In this document: positions 11,095 to 22,715 of the stretch, one piece after another | How positions within the stretch are numbered: position 1 is the first letter of the stretch | Layout of the letters: the number at the start of each line of letters is the position of its first letter | Origin: Azolla caroliniana | Taxonomy: Eukaryota; Plantae; Polypodiophyta | Length of the DNA: 64,000 bases | Assembly (NCBI GenBank): GCA_043228905.1 | Contig: JBHGNT010000007.1 | Coordinates: 7,750,001 to 7,814,000 of the forward strand | Direction of reading: 5' to 3' | The notes under the pieces: generated by a model | The model's input: only the letters and a program-made list of their open reading frames with translations | Database searches by the model: none | What the model was told of the DNA's origin: nothing | Translations under genes and position numbers: made by a program

Positions 11095-14000
11095 TATTAA
11101 CGTCTTCTAAGGCCAAATTTGGCCCATGAGACAATTGGTTTACGACAAAAGAGTATTTATCCAGTCATCATAACTAAAATAAAATTAAGTAAAAAATAGA
11201 ACTTAAACTAAAAGAGTTCTAGTAGTGTACAATATGTAGTATACTCGAAAGTCACTATACACTAAGCCTAATTTTATTTCCACCCAAGCCTCTCGAAAAG
11301 AAGTGGGGGGTCAAAGGGTCTTGATGTGGGTTCCAATGTAGAGAGTGCCCTAGCCATGGCTTCTAGGCGGTGTAGCTCACGTTCCCTTATTTTCAATATT
11401 GCGTCCACATCACGTCGAGTTGCTTTGAAACCCGGCACCCGAGGACGTCTGGTTCTTCTCTAGTTTTCTGCCTCATCAATGGAAAGGCCGAGTGGTGCAA
11501 GTGTGTCGGCATTCGTTGTCTCCTCAGGTTCCTGAAAAACTTCATTTGTTACATGTTCGTCATCATTAGCAACATTATTGTCAACATTTTGTAACTTATT
11601 CTCTCTGTGTTGTTTTAGCTCTAGAATGTATTTGCCTAATTTCTTTATATCTAGAGTATCTAATAGTTTGGGGAGGGTGGGAGACGGACCAAGTATGTCT
11701 TGGTATTTTGCCCTTATCTCGGCATAGGTTGGACACTTGCATGTAAAGTGGTACTCATCCTCTATCTCTATGTGACATAACCTACATATCCTTTCCTCCC
11801 TAGGGACTCCACTAGTACGGCCATTCTCAATCTCAAGTTGGTGAGATGATATTCTAAGTTGTCCAATGGCAATCCTTAGTGCATGTGGTAAGAATACATC
11901 TAGATATTTTGGCCGCGTGATAAAACCTAACTCAGAGAAGTGCATGAAGTGTTTCTTATAGTACAACATTTTAGATGGGAGTGGCTCTAGTGGGGTGATC
12001 CATTTACACCGAGTGTAAATTTGCCATATTTCTTGGCGTATTACTTTATTGCGGTCCTCATGAGAGATTAAGGTGTTATCACTCGTGTGGTTGTACCTAA
12101 GGGGAGGTAGGTTATTAATGTCTAGACCATTCGCAAGAAGCCAACTCACCATCATGCCATACCATGAGCTAGTATAGCCAGACTTATACAATGATCGAGA
12201 GGCCTTAAAGGCTTGATGAGATATTCTATCATGTGGTTGGCTATGTATCCTATCAATGAAGACTACAAGTTGAAAAAGTGCCTCTACTAACATTGGGGGT
12301 AACGTGAACTCGGCCCTAATAATGTCATGTGGTACAGTCGATTTGCTTCGGAGTTGGCGTGATAGCATCATCACCAATGGTCTCTCTAATTGCGTCCACA
12401 TGAAAGATGGTAATCCTGGAGCCCAAACCGCTGATGCATACATGAGGGAGGGGGTCACTAATGAGTCAAAGAGCCACCCTTTAGTCCGTGGCTCTTGAAA
12501 GTGTGCTTGGTGGCATTGTCTCTCTAGGAGTGAGAGGGATGCATGTCCTCTCGTAAGTCTATCCTTCACTGCCTGTGTCATCGAAAATTTACCTGAGAGG
12601 GCACTAAAAGTGACTCCGAGATAAACGTATGATCCAACCACCTCAACTGGGCTATGGGAGATAGTTAGGTGACACTTAGCTCTAACTTGGGCCGATGTGT
12701 GGAAGATAAGGACTTTCGTTTTCCCTAGATTCACTACCAATCCTCGTTGTACACAAAAGTCATCTAAGGCATTAAGGTGCCTCTATAGGTCGTGTTCGGA
12801 TTCAGAGAGCAAAACTATGTCATCCGCATAGAGCAAGATACGAACCTGCGTATCCCCAAGGACCACTCCGGTGCCTCCCTCACAAGCAATAAAATCTGTG
12901 ATCTCATCAATGTAGATCCCAAAAAGCGTCGGTGATAGGGGGCAACCTTGTTTTACACCAATAGTGCTAGTGAAACGATTAGATAGGCCACCTGGGCATC
13001 GGACACACCCGGACACTTGTTCATATAGTGCGTAGATGGTCCATACCATATCATCTGGTATCCTCAAGCTTTTAAGTCTATCAAACAACCGCTCTCTAGG
13101 GACTGTGTCAAAGGCTTTGCGTAAGTCCACAAAACAACAATATAATTTCTTCTTGCGAGCCTTAGTTTGGTCAATTAGGCATCTAAGTGTGAAGATATGA
13201 TCAATAGTGGAGAAGGCTCGTCTAAAGCCAGCTTGTTCAGGTGCACGAAGGTTTAGGGTCTCCATATAGTCGCTAAGCTCTGCTTCCATTACTACACCAT
13301 ATAACTTAGCAAGGGTATGGCCTATCATAATGGTCCTATATGTATTTGGGTCCATGGGGTCCCCCCCTTTATGTATGGGGGCCACTGTATTCATAGTCCA
13401 CTGTGGTGGAAAACCCTCCGCAAGGGCACGATTGAAGATTAGAGTTAGCAAGGGAGCTAGGCACTCTCTCGCATATATAATGTGTTCTGCTCGCAATCCT
13501 GTGTGGTCCATGGACTTCCTATGTTGTAATTTCTTTATGACCTTCATGACCCTAGAGGTCGTGAAAAGTGTCCCCGTGGTAGGCCGGGGTGTGGAAGGCA
13601 TTGGAATGGGTGGTTGGTTTGGGATTTGGTAAAGTCTCTCTGTATATGTGTGCCAAGTTTCGGGATCTTCGATGGGTGTTTGTGGTCTTGGCTCCCGTAG
13701 TCTCTTCCATGCCGTGGCACAATCGCTACTCATGAGCATATGGTAGAGTTCCCAGTATTGGGATGCCTCCCACGCTCGTCTCTTACGACGGGTCATCTTA
13801 CGCATTTCTTTGCGAGCTTGTATGGAGGTAATACTACCATTGAGTTGCGATACTGTAAGTTGTCTATGTAAGTCCCTACAATCCTCGTCATACCATTTAT
13901 TTTGTGGCATTGATCCTGATCTACCTTAATTTGAGTGTTTTGTATATGGGAAACTACTAGCTGCTGCGAAGTGAAGGATGTGTGTGAGTTTTGTACTAAG

Positions 14001-15200
14001 GCTTTCTAACGGTAGGGAGGGATCAAGGGAGGGGAGATGGGCCTGAACATGTTGAGAGTATATGTCAGAGAGCTCATGTGTGAAATGTATTGTGGTGTGA
14101 TGGCATGGTTGACTAGACTTGGTGACCTTAGAGATATCACATTTTAGCTCGAAGTATAAGAAACTATGGTCTACGCCAATAGGGCATGGGGCCACTCGGA
14201 AGGAGTTAATCATGTGGGTAGCTTCAGGGCGCCCTATTAGATAGTCAACTGTGCTTTCCCCTCCTCCATGTGGGAAACATGTGAGCTCTTCCGAGCCCGA
14301 CCACTTAGCTAAACCATTATATATGACCATCCGGTGCCGACTGCCAAGTTCGAGCAGATGATGGCCAAAGCTCGTGGCGTCCGCACCTTGATCCTTTGAT
14401 CTACGTGTGGTGCCTATGTCTAAAGGATCAACATTTACCATTTCTAGGTTTCTATTCATCTGAAATACTGTGCATTGTCGGGATTGGGTTCTCGCATTGA
14501 AGTCTCCTACAAGAAATACTTCTCCTTGGGAAGAATATCGGATTATGTCATCCGATAGGGGTTCGTATGGAGAAGGCCCATGTGGCATTCCTTCATCGAC
14601 TAATCTCGTCAAGCCACCAATATTATAACGGGATCCTTTTGGGGGAAAGTAACAAATGGCGAAAAATACTGCCTGGTCTTTGCTTGTGGAGACTTTCACC
14701 CACATAAAATGAGCTTCTGGGTCTATCTTCATTATTTCTATCCTATTATGTAGCTCTCTACGAAACAGTATCGCGACACCTCCAGATCCCCTAGTAGTGT
14801 GTCGACGTGAGGTTTGTCTAAAAGCGGACTCCCAACGGAATCCTTCGACCCGTGGGAGTCCTCTATTTGGGCTCTGATGTGTTTCTACCAAGAAAAGTAT
14901 ATCAGATACCTTTAGTATCTCCTCTAGGTGGCCGGGGTGTGCCCAGAGTGCGCCATTACAATTCCATAGGGTCATCCTAAGTGCATTTTCTGTCACATGG
15001 GCCACACGCCGTCAATTAGTAGTGCGATCATTTATGATCACTCGCCCGTCTCGGTAAAAGGCGCAATGGCCTTCTTTACGAGCTTGCATAACTCGTGGCA
15101 TACAATTCTTGCGATGCTCAATTTGCATCTTAGTGAGGTCTTCATCGAGATAGATGGGGTCCCCATCCATTCCTCGAAGGATTGGTCTCTTCTTAAAGAA
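11059..15200 (-). mobile_element. RTE-X-like LINE (LINE-1 of this window), 5'-truncated within ORF1, (TTTC)n tail
   Basis: ORF1 C-terminus (IYLDEDLT) 15012-15200; ORF2 APE endonuclease (WNCNG, ETH, GDFNART, DY, DH), RT (EQAGFR, GVKQGCPLSP, LYADD), C-terminal RICRLC..EDEYHF..C; inserted in the (GA)n of the Copia C LTR. Confidence 0.9.
11270..15005 (-). pseudogene. LINE ORF2 (endonuclease-reverse transcriptase) with three in-frame stops
   Basis: ORFs 13926-15005, 12783-13910 and 11460-12740 are in the same frame, separated by single stops. Confidence 0.88.
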
Positions 15201-15472
15201 AGTGAGTGGCGTCATAGTTGTGTGTGTAACAACAAACGCCAAGAACCTTGTGTGGGTGATACACTCAGAAAGAGTGTTGTAATCTCTACCTTGTACATCC
15301 ACTGTATAGTGAAGTTTCTGCTCTCCCGTGGTTTTGTCTCCCGTTTTAGGGTTTCCACGTAAATCTCTGTGTACTGTGTTGTGTGCCTGTGTTGTGTATT
15401 TTTTTTTCAACATCGTTTGAGAGTTTACGAATCAATTCTCAATAATCTGGTATCAGTGCTTGAGGTGCAAGC

Positions 15473-18400
15473 ATGGAAGGAGGTGTGAACGGCTTCCCAG
15501 GCATGATAGTTCTAAACTCACAGAACTATGCAGATTGGAAGATAAAGATGGAGGACCTTCTCATAGTCAAAGACCTGTATGGGCTAGTTGACAGAGTAGA
15601 TATACCCAGGAGGGTATTGGAGTCGGATTGGAAACTTCTTAACAGAAAGGCGGTGGCCACCATCTGACAATGCATCGACGTAAGTGTCTTGCAACATGTG
15701 GCGAACGACACAAATGCACACAAGATGTGGTAGAAGTTGTCGGGTCTATATGAGAGGAAGAACGCGCTCAATAAAACCTCGCTGATGAGAAAGATTGTAC
15801 GACTAAAATATAGAGACGGGGAGAGCATCATCGAACACATCAGCACATTCATGGGGTATGTGAATCAACTTGCTACAACCAAGTTTCCCCTGGATGATGC
15901 GATGCAGGCCATTCTGTTGATGTGCACATTGCCGGATAGCTGGGAGAACCTGGTGGTTACTCTCAACACCTCTTGTCAAGAAGAGAACTTGTCTTTACAA
16001 ACCTTAAAGATAAGCATCCTAAATGAGGAGGCAAGGAGGAAGGACAAGGGAGTCATATCCCAGTCGGAGTCGAATGTAACACAACATTCAGATAGAGGAA
16101 GGAACCGGCAAAGAAGTCCACAAAGGAGAGAAAAGTCCCAAGCCAGATCGAAGTCCAGATGTAAGCTTGTGTGCTTTTACTGTGGTAAACTTGGACACTT
16201 CCAGAAGGACTGCCGACGCATGAGAAAAGACAAGGGTGTTGGAAACAATGTCTAACCCAGGAAGACTCTTGATGAGAAGAACACTTCTGTCATTGCTATG
16301 AGAAATGAAGAACGGTTGTTCATCTGTGAACAGACAAGTGCAAATCTTGCAAGTGAAGAATGCCCTTGGGTGATCGATTTCGGGGCATCGTTCCACATAA
16401 CTCCATCGAGAGAGTATTTCTCGACTTACATAGCCAAAGATCACGATTATGTGAAAATGGGTGATAGTGGAGAGTGCAAGATCGCCGAAGTCGGAAGTGT
16501 CAGCTTGACGACGTCGACAGGGTGTCGATTGACTCTGAAGGTGTTTGACACGTCCCCAATATTAGATTGAATCTGATATCGACTAGAAGGTTGGATGATG
16601 AAGGCTATAGTGGTAACTTTCAGAATGGCAAGTGGAAGTTCTACCAAGGAAATCTTATAGTGGCCCGAGCACAAAAAGAAGGAATATTATATATGATGCA
16701 TGCCCGACTGTGCAAATCGGAAGTAAATGTGGTAGCTGACTCAGTAGGAGAGATATGGCATAAGAGGCTAGGCCACATGAGTGAGAAAGGAATGCACCTG
16801 CTAGCCGACCAAAAGCTTCTACCAGAAGTCAAGGGAGTGCACCTGGAGAAGTGCGTCGACTGCTTAGTCGGAAAGAAGAACAGATCAACATTCCACACAA
16901 GACCACCAAGAAGAAGAGAGGCTGCACTGGAACTGGTACACACGGATGTGTGTTATGTAGATGCTCCATCGCATCGAGGTAGACAATACTTTGTGACGTT
17001 TATTGACGACTATAGTCGGAAGACATGGGCCTTTGTACTGAAGTCAAAGGATCAAGTATTGTCGGTTTTCAAGGAGTTCCAAGCTAGAGCTAAAGGAGAG
17101 TCGGGTCGGAAGTTGAAGGTTGTTTGAACCGACAATGGTGGCATGTATAGAGGGCAATTCAAGGAATACTGCAAGTGCCAAGGTATTTGGATCGAATACA
17201 CAGTGCCAAAGACCCCAGAGTTGAACGGGCTTGCAGAAAGGATGAATCGAACAATCATGGAGAGGGTAAGGAGCATGCTCTCTCATGCGAAACTGCCGAA
17301 ATCCTATTGGGCTGAGGCGATGTACACAATTGTTTATCTTATCAACAGGTCTCCCTCAATACCATTAATGGGTGATGTCCCACAGAGAGTGTGGACAAGG
17401 AAGGATGTCTCCTACCAACACCTGAGGGTGTTCGGATGTTTGGGGTATATGCATGTACCGAAGGATTAGAGGTCGAAGCTCGACAATAAGTCGAAAGCAT
17501 GCATATTCATGGGATACTCGGAAGATGAGTTCGGCTATAGGCTATGGGACCTAGTCAACAAGAAGGTAGTGAGAAGTCGGGACATAGTCTTTCTTGAAGA
17601 TAAGACGATTGAAGACTGGAAGCAACAGAAGTCGGATACAACTCCCCAGTCAATCCTGACTATCGTCAATCTAAGGTCAAGTGAATCGACAACGTTGGCT
17701 ATTCGGAGACAGCCAGTCAGCACAGCCGAATCCGAGTCGGTCGACTCGGAGAGACCGACTGACTATGAGTCAGAGTCGGCAGAGCTGCTAAGGTCAATTG
17801 AAGAGTATGAGTTGGAGTCGTCTAACCTGGAGATGCCGGTTGACATGCAGGAATCCAAGCAGAGAGAAGAGTTGGCAAAGACATCCGAAAGAGAGCCAAC
17901 AACGAGTGGAAGGAGATACCCACTCAGAGAAAGGAAAGCACCGACAACATATGCCAGTCAATACATCCTCGTGACTGATGAAGGTGAACCGGAGTGCTAT
18001 GAAGAAGCCATTGCCGACGAGCACAGAGAGAAATGGTTGAGCGCGATGCAAGATGAGATGGAATCCTTGCACGAGAATTACACCTACAACCTGGTAGAGT
18101 TGCCAAAAGGTAAGAGAGCACTCATGAATAAGTGGGTCTACAAAGTGAAGACTGGAGAAGTCGACAGTGAGCTCAGGTATAAAGCCCATATAGTGGTGAA
18201 GGGTTTTCAACAGAAAAAGGGCGTCGACTTCGACAAAATACTCGCAGCAGTCGTGAAGATGACATCCATTCGAACTCTTCTGAGTATAGCAGCTAGTATG
18301 AACTTGGAGATCGAACAGTTGGATGTCAAAATCGCATTCTTGCACGAGGAGCTAGAAGAAGAAATCTACATGCAACAACCCGAAGGCTTTGAGGAGAAAG

Positions 18401-19483
18401 GGAAAGAGAACTTGGTGTGTTGAGTGAAGAAAAGCTTGTATGGTCTCAAACAAGCTCCATGTCAATGGTACAAGAAGTTCGAGTCCTTCATGATGGAACA
18501 CTTGTTCCAGAAAACATAGGCTGATCACTGTGTGTTCGTCCAAAGGTACAAAGAAGGAAACTTCTTGATTCTCTTGTTATATGTTGATAGTCAGTCAAGA
18601 CACAAGGAAGATCGGAAGTTTGAAGAAAGCTCTAGGCAGGTTGTTTGCCATGAAAGACCTTGGACCGGCTAACAGATCTTAGGAATGCACATAGTTCGAG
18701 ACAGAACTCAAAAGGTGCTATGGTTGTCACAACAAAGTAAGTGACGAAGATCCTAGAAAGGTTCAACATGTCGGACGCAAAGCCGGTCGGCTCGATGTTG
18801 CTGACAAATTGCAAGTTGAATGCGAAGCAGTGCCCGAAAGGGGAGAAGGAGAAGGCCGAGATGAGGAAGGTACCATATGCCTCGGCCGTCGGCAGTCTAA
18901 TGTATGCTATGGTCTGTACGAGACCAGACATAGCATTTGTTGTGGGAGCAGTAAGCCGATATATGAGTAATCTAGGAAGAGAACACTGGGCAGCAGTGAA
19001 GTGGATACTCAGGTACTTAAAAGGCACCTCAGGGGTGTGCCTAGGGTATGGTGTCAGAAAATCTGTGCTAGAAGGTTTTTCCGACTCGGACATGTCGGGA
19101 GATGTAGACTCAAGTCGATCCACGTCGGGGTACATGATGACCTATGGAGGGGGAGCAATGTCGTGGCAATCATGACTACAGAAGTTTGTAGCCTTGTCAA
19201 CTACAGAGGTAGAGTATATGGCAGCGGTAGAGGCTGGCAAAGACCTGATCTAGATGAGAAATTTTCTCAATGAGCTAGGGATGAAGCAGAGGGAGTTCTT
19301 GCTTCATTGTGATAGCCAGAGTGCCATACATCTTGCCAAGAATGTTGCATATCACTCCCGGACCAAGCACATATAGAGAAGGTATCACTGGTTGCGGGAG
19401 AAGTCGAAGAAGGAGAGTTTACACTTGTGAAGATCCACACGGATAACAATGGATCCGACATGCTCACGAAGAACCTACATATG
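15473..19483 (+). pseudogene. Copia C gag-pol polyprotein, disrupted
   Basis: [76 protein letters not shown]. Confidence 0.92.
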
Positions 19484-20663
19484 GAAGGGGGAGTTTGTTG
19501 GGGATATGTCCCTGCAGTGGGAGGAACCGACTGTTCGGAAATAGTCGACACTTGATAGCCGACAGTCGAAGAGTCGACAATAGAGAGTCGATTATTTAAA
19601 CAGATTATTATTATTGTTATAGTAATAATAATAGTAATGATATGTAGCAGTGGCTACAATTGTAAATAGTCCATACGATGTATCAATATAAATACATCTA
19701 GGGCAAACATAGTAATTAGTGACGACAATAGAAGTGTGCGTAATAGAGACGTGAGAGAGAGAGAGTGTGGTGCCATAGTTGTGTGCCTAACAATAGACGC
19801 CAAGAACCTTGTGTGGGTGATACACTCAGAAAGAGTGTTGTAATCTCTGCCTTGTACATCCACTGTATACTGAAGTCTGCTCTCCCGTGTTTTTTCTCCC
19901 GTTTTAGGGTTTCCACGTAAATCTCTGTGTATTGTGTCATTGTGTGCCTGTGTTGTGTATTTTTTTTTCCAACATAGTTTGATTTTGTGGTTTTACGAAT
20001 CAATTCTCAACAAACACTTCTAACTAGATTCTATCTAGGTAACTACAAAGTTACATGGTTGACTAAATAACTAAACTAAATTGTGCTTGATCTCTCAACA
20101 TGCCCCCTCAAGCTCAAGTGTGAGGCGTCCGACATCTGCTTTGGCTTTTGTCTGCTTTGTGTGTTTCCGTCCGGCCTTCAGCTTTCTTCGGCCTTTCCAA
20201 GGCAATCACGGGTCCTCCCCCTCAAGCCGGTGATGAAGGCTTGTAGTGTGTGGACGAAGGTCGACTACTTCCACCCATCGTGGGTTACGAGCCACTTCGG
20301 TGGAGCTCTTGGGCTCTTGTTCGACCGTTACCTTCATCGCGAAGGCATAGTGATGGGCCATGTACTCATTATAGCTGAGCTCGCTCGCCAATGTGAGTGC
20401 CTTCTTTGCTCCGGGTGTCCGCATGATGGGTACACCGAACTCATTGTCTAGTGAGGGAGCCGACACATCTAAATAATTGTCGTCAAGGTGATCGACTTCA
20501 TATTCGGGCATCTTACCTTTGCCTTTGTCCAAGTTCGTACTTGGCTGCGACGTGCTTGGGTCGCGTGGGGGCTCTTGTGGCCCACTAGGCCTTGTCGTAA
20601 TCGTACTTTCTTCGAACATGTGTTTGAAGTGATCTCCATCTTCTACCTCTTGTTCGGTAGTCT

Positions 20664-21375
20664 CGTGAGGATTTTCGGCCATGGTGAGAAAACCCGAGCG
20701 GGAGGAATAAAACAAGATGTGCAACATTGCACGTGAACTTAGGAAAATTGTAACATAGGAATAATAGACAAATGTAAGGAGGAAAAGTAAGATGTAAAGG
20801 TATAAAGGTGATGTGCACTTTGTAGACTAGATGTAAGTATGGGTGTAGGGAGTAGTGGGCATTTAGTATGTCGGTGAGAGGAGAGGGAGTTAAGACCCAT
20901 CAATCTCACCTCCTAAGATCGAGGTCAAATACTCTCCTTTGAATGAAAGGGGATTTGATCACTCATTTTTGTAATGTGCCTCACCCCTTATTACTATAAA
21001 AGGGAGTGAGGGGTCACTTTGGAGGGGCTTCCACTTTTGGGTTTCTTTGGGTTGCCATTAGGGTTTTCGGAATTATGGGTTTTAGGATCTCGTTTTAGGG
21101 GTTTCATTTGTCTTCTTCTTGTTCTTCTTCTTTTCCCCTATCCGGTTAGGGTTTCATCTAGAGGGTTTACATTCGGCCCACACGACCACGGTTGTAATTG
21201 GTCTGGTGCTTTCCATAATGTATCTTGTCTTCTTTAGATCTTATTCTCTTGAATCTTAATCTCTCAAATCTTAATCTTTCTCTTCGTTCTCGGTTAAACT
21301 CCCAAGCTTCTCGCCCTCCTCTTACTCCCTAGTCCAAGACCCCCATGGTCCTGTCCTATTTGACACACACGCGCA
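20664..21375 (+). repeat. LTR-like insert in Copia B (probable solo or truncated Gypsy LTR)
   Basis: Interrupts the Copia B INT-RT linker; TATAAAAG near 20995, TAGGGTTT motifs, ends ...CACGCGCA; no clean TSD found. Confidence 0.45.
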
Positions 21376-22553
21376 GATTTCCGCGACAACGGATTCCGGG
21401 TCGAGCGGAGTTAGAGTCGAAGTGGTCTCTAGTGCATACCAGGATGCGGACTCGTCGAAGACTAACTCTCAACTTACCCAAATTGCTTGGGTAGAAGGGT
21501 TGTAGAACTTGTATGCCTTCTTCTCGGACGAGTATCCTATGAGGATACATTCCTCCGACTTCATGTTGGGCTTCTGTCAGCTTTCGTTCGGGATGCGTAC
21601 ATTCGCAATGCTTCCGAACACCTTGAGGTGTGATAGGATCGGCTTCCTTCCGACGAGGAGCTCGTAGGGAGTTAGCTCATGCACTCCATTGGTGGTGCAT
21701 CAAGTCATGAGATAGACTACCGTGGATGCCGCTTCGGCCCAATAGAAGTTCGACATGTGTTTCTCATGCATCATGGCGCGTGCTACCTTGACTATTTGCC
21801 GATTCTTCCTTTCGGCTACTCCATTTTGTTGGGGTGTGTGTCGACACGAGAATTCTCTCCGGATGCCTTCACTTTGGAGGTAGGAGGTGAATTCATCGGA
21901 GAAGTACTCCTTTCCTCCTTCCGATCGTAGGCATCGAATGTGCTGACTGGTTTCTTTTTTGACTTGGCTCTTGAGCTTTTTGAAGTGGGAGAGCACTTCG
22001 CTCTTCTTCTTCATCGGGAAGATCCACGCGTAGCGCAAGTAGTCGTTGATGAAGGTGACCTAGTATCGACAACCATAAATCGTTGACGTTTGAGCCGGTC
22101 CCCATACATCTAAATGTTTGACGTCGAGGAGGCCTTTGCTTGCGTAGCTCTCCTTCAGGAATAGGAGTCGATGTTGTTTGCCGAGTTGACACGCTTCGCA
22201 TACTCGGTTGACTCAAATGTCGGAAGTCTGATGATGAAGGTGACCTAGTATCGACAACCGTCGATCGTTGACGTTTGAGCTGGTCCTCATACATCTGAAT
22301 GTTTGACGTCGAGGAGGCCTTTGCTTGCGTAGCTCTCCTTCGGGGATAGGAGTCAATGTTGTTTTCCGAGTTGACACGCTTCGCATACTCAGTCGACTCA
22401 AATGTCGGAAGTCCGATGACGACTCCCTTTGATTGCATAGCTCGGAGCCGTTGGAGGTTTATGTTGGGAGACAGGTCCCTCCGGATGGGAAGGAAGAAGA
22501 ACAGTGTCGACGAACAAACTCGACCGAGGCCAATAGGCCGAGGCCGAAACGGT

Positions 22554-22715
22554 ATGAGGAGTTCCCGGCTACGGAGAGCCGGATGATACAGACCTGGTGA
22601 GGACCGGATGAGGAGTACCCGGCTACAGAGAGCCGGATGGTGCAGGCCCGGTATGAACCGGGTGAGGAGTACCCGGCTACGGAGAGCCGGATGGTGCAGG
22701 CCTGGTATGAACCGG
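22554..22715 (+). repeat. 3 x 54-bp tandem array in the Copia D LTR U3 (also present in the 3' LTR)
   Basis: (A/G)TGAGGAGTACCCGGCTACGGAGAGCCGGATGGTGCAGGCCCGGTATGAACCGG-like units. Confidence 0.92.

Larger units (their letters stand above)
10807..20012 (+). mobile_element. Copia C (Tnt1-like), full length but degenerate, TSD AACAC
   Basis: 5' LTR 10807-15444 (split by a LINE), PBS TGGTATCAGTGC 15448-15459 (tRNA-iMet type), PPT 19484-19493, 3' LTR 19496-20012, AACAC at 10802-10806 and 20013-20017. Confidence 0.93.

Noticed and set aside
15012-15413. 133-aa ORF as a gene
   Set aside because: Chimera of antisense Copia C LTR sequence and the truncated LINE ORF1 C-terminus
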